64,000 nucleotides of DNA from Octopus vulgaris (lineage: Eukaryota): the NCBI GenBank assembly GCA_951406725.2, contig OX597833.1, positions 66,030,001 to 66,094,000 of the forward strand, in the 5' to 3' direction. The notes beneath the pieces are model-generated. The model saw only the letters and a list, made by a program, of their open reading frames with translations, was not told where the DNA came from and ran no database searches. The position numbers were made by a program, and so were the translations under genes. Below are positions 43,726-58,022 of this stretch, one piece after another (positions within the stretch are counted from its first letter, which is position 1; each line of letters begins with the position of its first letter).

Positions 43726-45082
43726 CACTGAAATTTGTATCTGACAATGACCCGGCTGCGAGAATTTGGAACGCACCCTTGTGCTAAAATCAATGATGAG
43801 ATGTAAAAAATATTGATCTCCTCAGGAAGACAATTTGATTTATTCTTATCAAAGTATGATATAGCAGGGAATCGATCATCATTTGCGAAAGATTCTTTTT
43901 CTTCCCCTCGTCATCACAGCCACATGATTTCAATTAATTAATTGAGGTTTTCATGAATGTTAGTAATGAATACAATCGCGGTTACAAGCGGCCAAAATTG
44001 AGTTTATTCGAAGAATCACTGGACTAGCATTATTCAATGTGATGCGTAGCTGGTGGATCAGGAAGCCTTACCAAGACGAGCGGATACGTCTCTTAATTCA
44101 GGGGTCACAGCTCTGGTCCTACGGATATGCGTTTAGAATGTCGCAGAAAAGAATCGGAAGAAGGATTCCGCAACCCGAGCCAACCGATAGGAGGACCTAG
44201 GGGTAAACGAAAAACAAGATTGTTGGATAATATTCATTTGACCAGTTGGTCACGCTTGAGAATTGAACCAGAAACATCTAAGTATGATTGCTTCTGCTAG
44301 GGCGCTTTGAAGGAAGTGCTTGAGACCTCTGCTCCCACGACCTTCCCTGGAATAATGGGCAGAGAAAATGGATGTATATTAGGCTTCTTAAAACCAGAAA
44401 GTAGAAAGCTAATTGGAAGATTACAGATCCAACCCATCAGTGGAATTGTAAAAATCTGTAAAACTTTACAGAAGTTTATCATTTAAATATATATGAGCAT
44501 GTCTAGATATGAGGATACATACATAAAACATGCAAATCTGCACATACACACATACATACAAACGAAAATACCCTGTTATTGATGTTGAAATTCCAATGAA
44601 GGAGCCTTGACTCTAGGTTAGAAACCGGTTCTTTCTCTATTGGCAAGAAATCTTGAAGTAAAATTGAACAATGACATACATGCACGTATGCCTGTATACA
44701 TACATACACACACATACATACATACATACATACATACATACATACATACATACATACATACATACATACATACATACATACATACATAAATACATGCATG
44801 CATATATATACTCAGACACGTGATTTTGAACATCGAAGGAAAAGATCGCAAGGCGGATTTTTTTCAAGCCGAGCCAATTAGTAGAAAACCTAGCGATAGA
44901 CCAAGGATTAGATAGTTCTATAATATTCATAGACTCTGTTGGTCACGCTTGAGAAACCAACCGGAATGTTAAATGAGGGATGTTCCCGATAAGACTGTAC
45001 GGAAGGGATATGTAAGGAATCAATCCCGATAACTCTTCCAAGTATAGAGAGCGGAGATTATAGCTGACGAGCTTGATGGCTG

Positions 45083-45441
45083 GCTGATTGGCTGGTTGGC
45101 TGGCTGGCTGGCTGGATGGATGGATGGATGGATGGATGGATGGAATTGGATGGATGGATAGATGGATGGATGGATGGATGGATGGATGGATGGATAATTG
45201 GATGGATGGATGGATGGATGGATGGATGGATAATTGGATGGATGGATAGATGGATGGATGGATGGATGGATGGATGGATGGATGGATAGATGGTTGGCTG
45301 GATGGATGGATGGATGGATTGATGGATAGATGGTTGGCTGGTTGGATGGATGGATCGATGGATGGATAGATGGATGGATGGATAATTGGATGGATGGATA
45401 GATGGATGGATGAATAGATGGATGGATGGATGGATGGCTAG

Positions 45442-45475
<34 letters not shown>

Positions 45476-45884
45476 AATTGGATGGATGGATAGATGGATG
45501 GATGGATGGATGGATGGATAATTGGATGGATGGATGGATGGATGGATGGATAATTGGATGGATGGATAGATGGATGGATGGATGGATGGATGGATGGATG
45601 GATGGATGGATGGATGGATGGTTGGCTGGCTGGATGGATGGATGGATGGATGGATAGATGGTTGGCTGGTTGGATGGATGGATGGATGGATGGATAGATG
45701 GATGGATGGATATGGATTGGATGGATGGATAGATGGATGGATGAATAGATGGATAATCGGATAGATGGATGGATGGATGGATGGCTAGATGGATGGATGG
45801 ATGGATGGATGGATGGATGGATGGATGGATGGATGAATGGATGGATAGATGGATGGATAGATAGATGGATGGATGAATAGATAG

Positions 45885-45920
<36 letters not shown>

Positions 45921-46007
45921 ATAATTGGATGGATGGATGAATGGATGGATAGATGGATAGATGGACGGATGGACGGATGGATGGATGGATGGATAGATGG
46001 ATGGATA
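45083..46007. repeat. Long (GGAT)n-based microsatellite with GGCT, AGAT and AATT variants
   Basis: Directly visible tetramer array of about 920 bp. Confidence 0.97.
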
Positions 46008-46321
46008 AGATTTTCTTGGCTCACAGTACTTGGTGTGTTATAAACCCAGCTGACCAGCTAGATTTCATGCAGAGTGTATTCATGGATATCACAACCCATC
46101 CACCCGTTCACCCCAGTACCCAGTACCTATTATAGCAACTTGAGATAATCTTATAATCTCCCTCTATCCATGCGCCTATATATGGTTACAGATTCATTCT
46201 GCGATTGAAAGACGGTGTGGAAGTAATTATAGAATATAAAGAAATGGAAACAACTTTGGATGTTCCAAGACATTTCTTTCATTTTGCTTCTCATATTTTC
46301 CTCTCCTGTATCTATTTCGCC

Positions 46322-46411
<90 letters not shown>

Positions 46412-46465
46412 CTGTTTGTGTGTGTGAAATATTCTACGTATACATATATGTGTCGAAAATGCATG

Positions 46466-46500
<35 letters not shown>

Positions 46501-46552
46501 ATATAAGCTATATATATACACAAGTATTTTTGTATGTATATTTGTATATATG

Positions 46553-46599
<47 letters not shown>

Positions 46600-47159
46600 C
46601 GGATGTATCTATATATGTATATTTCTATATATACTGTATATATATATATATATGTATGTATATATATATATAATATTTGTATGGTGGGGTGTAGTGTATG
46701 TGTACAAAACAGAGTAAAGAAACCAAAAGTTAATTTTAATGTTATTTACATCAAATATATGTAAATGATTAAGCTGCAAGATGTATATATATGTGTGTGT
46801 GTGTGTATTATATATATATACATATGTATGTATACACATATATATATGCATATATATTTATATATATATGTATATATTATATATATATACATTTATATAT
46901 ACAAAGATACATCCATATATATATATAGAGTGCCTACAGACGTGATCTGCGTATGACAGCAACTAAATGCCATCTTATTCTTCTTTCGTGGTGTATTACT
47001 GAACACACTGGTGATATTATACACACTGGAAAGGTCAATAGATTCTCCGAAAATACACAATGTTCGCCTGTTTTGTTGTATACACACATATTTGCACATG
47101 TACATATATGTATGTACATTTCACGTATAGATATCTGGTCGATCTTGCTCGGACAACTT

Positions 47160-47210
<51 letters not shown>

Positions 47211-47238
47211 ATGTATGTATGTATGCAAATGTATGTGC

Positions 47239-47327
<89 letters not shown>

Positions 47328-47526
47328 CATATGTATATATATTTACATATATATGTAAATGTATGTGTGTATGTATATATACATATATACATGTATATTC
47401 GTGTGTGTGTTTTGTTTCTATGTGTGTGTAACCTTACACACACATTTGTATACGTAATTGAATGAGGTAAAAATAGACATTGGGAAATAGGAAAAATTCA
47501 CAAAATATAGGCGTACACATGTGGAC

Positions 47527-47627
<101 letters not shown>

Positions 47628-47707
47628 CATATTTAGAACAAATATATATATATATACAAATAGATATCAATATGTCTCTCTTTCCCTCTCTCCCTCTCCC
47701 TCTCTCC

Positions 47708-47738
<31 letters not shown>

Positions 47739-47877
47739 AGAATCCCTTCGGTCACGATTGACCATGGGATTGCACCTAGAAAGTTAACCTCCCAGGCACA
47801 AGTTCGGGCAAGGTTGTTTGTGGAAGACCAGCAGTCACCCATGCATACCAGACTCCCCTCAGTTAATAATAATAATA

Positions 47878-48562
47878 AATTCTTTATTGCCCACAAGAGG
47901 CAATAAAAAGGGACAAGCAAGGACAGACAAAGGGACTTATTTAATAGACCCCGAAAGAATGAAAAGAATGAACTCAGAACGTAGTGACAAGGAAATACCA
48001 CTAAGCATTTCGTCCAGCGTGTTAACGATTCTGCCAGCTCACCGCCTGAAATTAACAACTAATTATTTTAGGACTTATTAAGGCAGTGAGGTGGCAGAGT
48101 ATCATTACCGCAAAGCAGCGAGCTGGCAGAAACGTTAGCCTGCCGGGCGAAATGCTTAGTAGTATTTCGTCTGCCGCTACGTTCTGAGTTCAAATTCCAC
48201 CGAGGTCGACTTTGCCTTTCGTGCTTTCGTAGGTCGATAAATTAAGTACCAGTTGCGTACTTGGATCGATCATATCGACTGGCCCCCTCCCCTAAAATTT
48301 CGGACCTTGTGCCTAGAGTAAAAAGGAAGAGAATATTATTACGGCACCGGGCAGAATGCGTAGCGACATTTCGTCTGTCCTTACGTTCTGAGTTCAAATT
48401 CTGCCGAAGTCGACTTTACCACCGTTCATCATTTCGGGTTCGATAAAACAAATACCAGTTGAGCACAGGGGAGTAGTGCGGGGGGGGGGGGTCAATGTAA
48501 TCGGCTTAACCCCCACCTCCTTCAAAATTAATGGCCTTGAGCCAAAATTCGAAACCAATATT
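47878..48562. mobile_element. Cluster of three SINE-A copies (47878-48046 minus; 48117-48322 and 48345-48562 plus)
   Basis: Head and core motifs recognisable in each copy. Both tail types are present. Confidence 0.78.
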
Positions 48563-48786
48563 AGGCCTTATATAAAACGTTTTACGTGAGAAATAGAGAG
48601 AAACTAGAGCTCGAACAATTCATCTGATCCCACAGATGATTCACCAAAATTGCGAGAGAAGTCTTTACGACTCATCGCTGACAGAGACATCTCTCTCTCT
48701 TTACTCTGTTTTCGTCTTTTGTCTTTACTCAGAGAACAGTTGAATATCTGAAGGATTTTTGACAATCATTCTGAATTCTTCTTACC

Positions 48787-49387
48787 TATTTCTTTACTAC
48801 CCACAAGGGGCTAAACACAGAGGGTACAAACAAGGACAGACAAACGGATTAAGTCGATTACATCGACCCCAGTGCGTAACTGCTACTTATTTAATCGATC
48901 CCGAAAGGATGAAAGGCAAAGTCGACCTCGGCGGAATTTGAACTCAAAACGTAAAGGCAGACGAAATACCTATTTCTTTACTACCCACAAGGGGCTTAAC
49001 ACAGAAAGGACAAACAAGGACAGACAAATGGATTAAGTCGATTACATCGACCCCAGTGCGTAACTGGTACTTATTTAATCGATCCCGAAAGGATGAAAGG
49101 CTAAGTCGACCTCGGCGGAATTTGAACTCAGAACGTAACGGCAGACGAAATACCTATTTCGTTACTACCCACAAGGGGCTAAACACAGAGGGGACAAACA
49201 AGGACAGACAAACGAATAAAGTCGATTACATCGATCCCAGTGCGTAACTGGTACTTAATTTATCGACCCCGAACGGATGAAAGGCAAAGTCGACCTCGGC
49301 GGAATTTGAACTCAGAACGTAACGGCAGACGAAATACCGCTAAGCATTTCGCCCGGTGTGCTAACGTTTCTGCCAGCTCTCCGCCTT
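48787..49387 (-). mobile_element. SINE-A trimer (one full unit and two 5'-truncated units)
   Basis: Same unit as 39030-39657, with 15-bp TSD TGAATTCTTCTTACC (48772-48786 and 49388-49402). Confidence 0.9.
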
Positions 49388-50032
49388 TGAATTCTTCTTA
49401 CCCTCATATTTTCACTCTTAGGTGCAATCACTCCCTTTTTTCTTTTTTTTTCTTTTTTGCTGTTCACACACATACATACACTTGGGCTTTTGGATTAAGT
49501 AACAGTGAAGTCTTTCGATGTTCCATGAATAACAAATTGATCTGCATATTTCATCGCTGTTTTTCCATCCTATTTTATTGACTGTGTAAATTTTTTCCTG
49601 ATGCTGGAGCGTCAATAAAATAAATAAATAAAACAATTCTGTTACATATTTTATATCTCACTTAACTTTGATATTTCGTACATATTTTCCTTTAAATAAT
49701 TTGCCTTATTTTTCCAATGCCGAAAAGAACGTGTGAATTTACGTAAGAAATCAGAAACGATTACGCTTTTCTACAAAAAAATTCTAGCAGAGTAAAACGT
49801 GTTTTGCAGGGTTCTTCGTTGTACACGGGAAAAGGTCGTACATTAAAGCATCATTTAGTTGTTACTTAAGCAGAATAAGATTCTTTTAAAGCAGAAAGTC
49901 AGAAACAATCGACTTGGAATTTCTGGTTGCCGCGAAAGACTTTTATGATTAAATTCTGCAGACATGCCATGAATCAGAATTGAGAAGTTTGCAGTTAAGA
50001 TTTACCAAAGAATTAGAAAGAAAGTAATGAGT

Positions 50033-50178
50033 ATTGGTTTTAAATTTTGGCAAAAAGACCAGCATTTCGGGGGAGGGTCAACTGGTGCTTATTTTATCGA
50101 CTAAAGGATGAAAGGCAATGTAGCCCACGGCGGAATTTGAAGTGAGAACATAAAGACGCACGAAATGCCGCTAAGCAA
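50033..50178 (-). mobile_element. Degenerate SINE-A (tail type 2)
   Basis: GGATGAAAGGCAA and CGGCGGAATTTGAA motifs. Confidence 0.65.
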
Positions 50179-50192
50179 GCTTCTTATCAGAC

Positions 50193-50227
<35 letters not shown>

Positions 50228-50404
50228 ATAAGAAAAACTGTCCGACGAACGGGAACGTGACACTCTGAGTAACAGCTTTTGTTATATTTCTGCTGCTTTT
50301 AAATAAAGCATATTACTCTACCTCTGGTATTTGAGTACTCGTTTCCCCACCTTCTTTCACATTTATGTGCTTACTCCGGTATATATATATATATCACTTA
50401 ACTT

Positions 50405-50618
50405 TCAAAATGTGACCTCGTGTGTACCGTTGGCGATTTTTTTCCTCTGTCTTCCCTTCTCTGGATCTTTCCTTCTCCTATGTTTCCGACGAAGAGCTCC
50501 GCTCGAAACGTTAAACCCTCTTTCTGTCCTTCTTTCCTGAGCGTCCAATAATACTATATTTGTTCCACGTCCTCGCGTTGTTGTGTTTTATTTTGTGCTT
50601 TCTTGTTTGGATTAACTT
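50405..50618 (+). mobile_element. Hammerhead-bearing short element, family P1 (Penelope-like terminal repeat)
   Basis: Repeat of about 210 bp also present at 3784-3996, 20962-21060 and 23413-23600 (all minus). Its 3' end runs into (TA)n and it contains a hammerhead fold. Confidence 0.7.
50482..50516 (+). ncRNA. Minimal type I hammerhead ribozyme (U4C core variant)
   Basis: GTTT-CCGACGA-A-GAGC-TCC-GCTC-GAA-AC-GT-T-AAAC: stem I GTTT/AAAC, stem II GAGC/GCTC, palindromic stem III ACGT. Confidence 0.65.
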
Positions 50619-51719
50619 TATATATATATATATATATTTATTTATTTATTTACATGCATACATATATTTGTGTGTGCCTGCGCCTTTGTGTTTGTGTTTG
50701 TGTTTGATTTACATAGCCTGACAACGATTGTTGGTTTGTTTGCGTCCCCGTTTCCCAGCGACTCGGCGGAAAGCGATCGACGGATAAATAGCAGACTTTT
50801 AAAGAAAGATAAATACCAGAACGATCTAACCTTCGAAAGCGGTTACTCTCCCAACATGGCTGCAATTCAACGAGCGAAACAAACAAAACAAGGATAAAAT
50901 AGTATCAAATATCGTTTTATATTAACAGCGTTTCCTTTTTTTTTTTTCTTTTTTTCCTGTAAAATTGAAAATATTATTGTTTTTCACAAACAGAGAAACA
51001 GCTATATATCAATTTTATGAAATTTATTAAAGCATTTCCAAATTTATTAAATTGATTCCCCTATTTCTTAATTTAATGCCAGTACTATGCGACCCATGAA
51101 ATTGTCTTAAATATTACCTTGTAAGCATCCAGCTAAGATATAAAATGCTTAAGGGTTGGCTAACAACTTATTAACAAGAATTTATCACAAATAATAGGAT
51201 AGGTTGGGGTCTTTTTGTTGTTGTTTGTTGTTTCTTTCTCTCGGTTTTTTTTTTTTGGTTTTTTTCTCTAAAACTTTTCTATTTAATACATTTAATTTAA
51301 TATTTTACAAAATGCTTTCCGCATTATATTTCTAATTAAATGTTGATTAATATTCAAAAATTGAATTTAATGAAATTAAAAGCGATAAAGGTTGAGCGTT
51401 TATAACATTACTGCGAGATGTTTCAATGGAAGACAGACATTGTTACGTTCCGTTAATAATAATTCGATCGAAGAATGAAATATGCGCCATAATTATAGAT
51501 TCTCCTTGTCGATGTTATTGTCATCGTCGTTGTTGCTGCTGTTGTTGTTGTTGTTGGTTGTTGTTGTTGTTGGGGAGGTGGGGTGGCTGTTCTTGTGTTT
51601 TGGCTACTGTATGACATTTTCAATGTTTTTCGGCTCACATTCTATAACACCCTCTCCTTCAGTATCTTTATATGAGTATATGCATGCGCACGCGCGTGTG
51701 TGTGTATACATACATACAT

Positions 51720-51754
<35 letters not shown>

Positions 51755-51885
51755 AGCATGTAGGTATGCATATATGTATATACATATATATGCATATATC
51801 TATATATATATATGTGTGTGTGTATACACATACATATTTATATATATGTAAGCATGTATTTATATATATGTATACACAAATACAC

Positions 51886-51948
<63 letters not shown>

Positions 51949-52079
51949 ATGTATGTATGTATATATATATATATATATATATACATATATGTATTTGTAT
52001 ATACATATATGTACAGAAATATCTTGATGTGTATGCATGTGTGTTTGTCTGTGTATGTCTGTGCATGCGTAAGTGTATG

Positions 52080-52113
<34 letters not shown>

Positions 52114-52618
52114 CATATATAGATAGATAGATACATACAAGCACATACATACATGTACTCATACATACGTACATACATGTGTCTATACATATACAGATAT
52201 ACATTTACATGCATATGTATAGATATGTGTACGTATGCGAGTTTGTATATATATATATATATACACACGCATATATATAAGTATATATATGCATGCATGG
52301 TGCGCAATATTCTATTGCTAGCCTGTTTCTGTGGTAGCTTGTTCCTGGTGGTATTTTTTTTAATTATTATAATTATTTCTTCCTGTATGAACTCAAGTAA
52401 CAGCACAATGAGCGTGACTTTGTAGTTAATGATCAAAGCGTGGTTGGTGGAGAAGGTTAAAGGGGAGATAATTTAAATTTAACTACTTGTTTATAAATGA
52501 ACTCAGAAATAATTAGAAACACATTTATAATAAAACAAAAGAAAAAAAACGTTATAATTTTAATTTTATTATCATTTCAATACCAAAACACCACTAACAA
52601 AGAACAAAAACAACATAC

Positions 52619-52680
<62 letters not shown>

Positions 52681-52755
52681 GGATATTACTGTTTATAATA
52701 ATGTCAGTGGCTTAGCATGCGCATAAAAACCATAAAGGTTATAATTATTAGTTAC

Positions 52756-52994
52756 TAATAAATGGTACTGCAGGTAGTACCAGCGTGCTAAAATAGCAGT
52801 CAAAACGACTCAGTCAAAACAAGTTTTCATTTTTACATAAAGATGAAGTCGGAGGAACGGGCAAAATTACTAAGACCAATAGCGAAATAATCGAAAATTG
52901 TAAAGTCAGACATTGTGAAAATGAAAAGTTATGGTTTTGAATCGTTTTGACTGCTATTTTAGCATACCATTTCTACCTGTAGTACCATTCATTA
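52756..52994. repeat. Inverted repeat, arms of about 57 bp and spacer of about 125 bp
   Basis: TGCTAAAATAGCAGTCAAAACGA versus TCGTTTTGACTGCTATTTTAGCA, plus the outer ATGGTACT.CAGGTAG match. Confidence 0.85.
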
Positions 52995-53043
<49 letters not shown>

Positions 53044-53046
<3 letters not shown>

Positions 53047-53277
53047 GGTTGTATACTGTCAATCTAACGTGAACGTGACAGTAGGGGGTTACACCACCGC
53101 TGTTTAGCCCTAGGAAGCATCGACGCCTACTGATGGCTTTGACACATTTTTCCTGTGTCCTTATATGTGAAAAATGTGTCAAGGCCATTAGGAGGCGTCG
53201 ATGCTTCCTAGGGCTAAACAGCGGTGGTGTAACCCCCTACTGTCACGATCACGTTAGATTGACAGTATACAACCATT
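53044..53277. repeat. Near-perfect fold-back (109-bp arms, 16-nt loop)
   Basis: 53044-53152 is the reverse complement of 53169-53277 with 4 differences counted by eye. Confidence 0.95.
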
Positions 53278-53559
53278 CTATCGCGCCACCACCGTACATA
53301 TCTCTATGAGAGATTTAGAAATTTAATATTTCTAATATATATATATATATATTTATATATACATATACATTACTAATATGTATATACCGACGTTTTTCAT
53401 CCCACCACGCCAGGAATATCTGTTCCTCCATTAGCACTGGTATGTTTTCAATTTCATGCCATATGTCTGTGCGTCTCTGCTAATAACAAGAATATACTTT
53501 AGTGTGTTTCGTCCAATGTATTAAAGCGTAAGTCTCCAAAATATAACGTCTGTTATGGC

Positions 53560-54532
53560 CTGTTATTCAAAGCAATAGCCATCACCATCAAGGTCTGCTC
53601 TATGATGGATAGTAACAATCGGATATCGAGAACTTTGCTGAGGATTCGAGCAGTTCCAAGTGACACTAATTTCTGTAGATCCTTTATCTTCACATTTAAT
53701 AATAAATAAATGCACCCTTTTTAAAGGCTAGCCAGGCTCGTGGTTCCGCTTTCCTGGTCTCTATGGCGTATGTGTTCCCAAGCTGGACGGGACGCCGGTC
53801 CATCGCAGCGTTACTCATTTTTGCCAGCTGAGTGGACTGGAGCGACGTGAAATGAAGTGTTTTGCTCAAGAACACAACGCGTCGCCCGGTTCAGGAATCG
53901 AAACCACAGTCTTACGATCATGATACTGACACCCTAACCACTAAGCCATGCGCCTCCAAATAAATGTGCCCTTTTAAAGCCTAACCAGGCTCATGGGCCC
54001 AGTTTCCCGGTTTCCATCGCGTATGTGTTCCCAAGCTGGACGGGACGCCAGTCCATCGCAGCGTTACTAATTTTTGCCAGCTGAGTGGACTGAAGCAACG
54101 TGAAATGAAGTGTTTTGCTCAAGAACACAACGCGTCGCCCGGTCCAGGAATAGAAACCACAATCTCACAATCATGATGCTGACACCCTAGCTACTAAGCC
54201 ACGCGTCACCACATCTTCACATTTACGCCTGTCTTTCCAATCCAGTTTCTGAGTTTCGTACTTTATATTTTCCGTGCTCAATAACAACACGTACACCGAT
54301 CCCTTTCTTCAATTACTAGAGTCCTTTCATCTCCCACTTCAATTTATCGCATAAGGTCCGCTTCTCTTCTTCTCTTCCCAATATTTTGCCATCGCCAGAG
54401 CACGCAATATCTATGATTAAACTGGTTTTTCCTCTTTATTCACAACCACAATATGCAGTTTCCAACTTTCAATTTATGATTAGTTTCATTAGATCTCATA
54501 GTTTTCTTACTTTGCTATTCTCGGTTACACCC
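53560..54532 (-). mobile_element. R4/Dong-like LINE 3' fragment interrupted by a SINE dimer
   Basis: Reads VTENSKV, IIDIACSGD and KDLQKLVSLGTARILSKVLDI. It is split at the 13-bp duplication ATCTTCACATTTA (53686-53698 and 54213-54225). Confidence 0.75.
53699..54212 (-). mobile_element. SINE-C head-to-tail dimer (tRNA head, V-SINE-like core)
   Basis: Two units of about 250 bp. Reverse complement shows A box TGGCTTAGTGG, B box GGTTTCGATTCC and CTGCGATGGAC.GGCGTCCCGTCCAG. A 13-bp TSD flanks the dimer. Confidence 0.85.
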
Positions 54533-54548
54533 ATTATTATTATTATTA

Positions 54549-55537
<989 letters not shown>

Positions 55538-55705
55538 CACCGGGGGTCGACTTTGCCTGTCATCCTTTTGGGGTCGAAGACATAAACACCAGTCGAACAA
55601 TAGCGGGGGAGTCGATGTAATCGACTTCCCCTCCTCCATCACCACTGCCACCACCACCACCACCACCACCACCACAAAAATATCAGTCCTTGTGCATATA
55701 TAGAA
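55538..55705 (+). mobile_element. SINE-A 3' half (tail type 2)
   Basis: GGTCGACTTTGCCTGTCATCCTTTTGGGGTCGA core directly after an (ATT)n array. Confidence 0.7.
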
Positions 55706-56109
55706 GAAAGAGATATTAATATTATTATGATTGTTATTGTTGTTGCTGTTGTTGTTGTTGTTATTGTTATTATTGTTTTCGTTGTTGTTGCTGTTATCAA
55801 ATTCTCCTGCACACTCTCCTGTGGATTATCAGGAAGAACACCGGAATATTTCCATCAATTTCAAATTGAAATTTTCCCTTTCCGTTTACAAAGGTAAACG
55901 GAAATTTCTCCTTTCCGTTTACCCTCGTATTTTCACCATTCGGAATATCTGCTAAATGAAAGGATCAATAAATAGATAGCTTATGTGATATGAACTGGTG
56001 CAGCATGTGAGATGTCATCAGTTATTTATTAGGGAGAGAGAGAGGTGGACGAAAGATATATATATATATATAAAGGAAGATATTGTGTATAAATAGATTA
56101 ATGAATGCA

Positions 56110-56239
56110 AAGAGAGAGAGAGACAGAGAAAGGTTGATTGATAGATAGAGAGAGATGGAGATAAATAGAGAGAGAGAAAGAGGGAGATAGAGAGAGAGAG
56201 AGAGAGAGAGAGATAAATAGATGGATGGATGGATGGATG

Positions 56240-56300
<61 letters not shown>

Positions 56301-56352
56301 GTAGAGAGGCATAGATGGATAGAGAGAGAGAGAGAGAGAGAAACAGACAGAA

Positions 56353-56401
<49 letters not shown>

Positions 56402-56456
56402 GACAGACAGACGGACAGACAGACGGACAGACAGACGGACAGACAGACAGTGAGGC

Positions 56457-56539
<83 letters not shown>

Positions 56540-56609
56540 ATAGATAAATTGACAGAGAGATAGAGAGAGAGAAACAGAGAGAAACAGAGAGACACACAGA
56601 CACACAGAC

Positions 56610-56708
<99 letters not shown>

Positions 56709-56710
56709 CA
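56110..56710. repeat. Compound (AG)n/(GATA)n/(GACA)n microsatellite
   Basis: Directly visible. Confidence 0.95.
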
Positions 56711-57359
56711 TATATGCACACATAATGGACTTTGATATGTATTATTTAAACGTAACAACATTGACTTATAAGAAAGCAGTAAAAACGTCTTTCCATTGAA
56801 GCATTATTCTCGCTCGCCTTTTATACAGAGAAGATTTGTAGCTGAAATCGAATATTTTATACCCTCCATTACTTTATACCCTCACGTTATCGAGTGCCCA
56901 CCCCGTTCTTCTTCTTTCCTCTTCGTTTTCAATCATGATGCCATTGTACTTCTGTTGTTATCTTGGTAAACCACATGTCTTCAATAATATAACTGACACA
57001 GAGAATGGTTATTAAGGGAACGGGAACGCGGAATGAAACGTGCTTTCAAGGAATTCTTTTAAATGTTGTTCGAATCAACTACAATGGACGCAGATAAATC
57101 CCGGCATTATTTTGTCGTTTTTGGTTTTTCCTTTTGAAGAAATGATTCTAGGGGAAATGTGGTTGTGTGTGTGTGTGTGTGTGCTTGTGTGTGTTTGTGT
57201 ACTTGTGTGTGTGTGGATTTCAAGGTAAAAGTCTTTGCGTTGGTAATAAAAATGATTGATTTTTGATATACTCTTACATATAAGAAGTTGAGGTTAAGAA
57301 ACAAAGACCCCGCATTCAGCCATACAGATATAGATATATATATACATATATATACATAT

Positions 57360-57416
<57 letters not shown>

Positions 57417-57567
57417 CATACATACATACATAGATTGATATATAGATAGATAGATAGATAAAACTATAGATATTTATGTATACATATGAACACATATGTG
57501 TAGGCTACATATATATGTATATCTATCTATATATATATACACACATATATATATGCATATATATATA

Positions 57568-57608
<41 letters not shown>

Positions 57609-57922
57609 GTGTATGTCTTCGTATACATTCTTGTGCATGTGTGTATGTATATATGTATGTGGGTATGTACCTATACAGACATATACATAAATACATATAT
57701 ATACATACATAAATATATACATATACATTTGTGTGCGTATGCGTGTATATGTGCGTGTGTGTGTGTGTGTGCGTGCGTGAGACTAAATGAATCCAGGGTC
57801 TTTGTTTCCTAACCCCAACTTCTTCCATAAAAGAGGTTGCCAGATATCAATCATTTTGATTACCGACGCAAAGGCATCTACGTTGAAACCCATCCACTTA
57901 GTATGCAATGCATACACATACA

Positions 57923-58022
<100 letters not shown>

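Noticed and set aside
53880-53958. tRNA gene
   Set aside because: A and B boxes are present, but the sequence continues into a SINE body and is duplicated. It is a tRNA-derived head, and I cannot fold a full cloverleaf.
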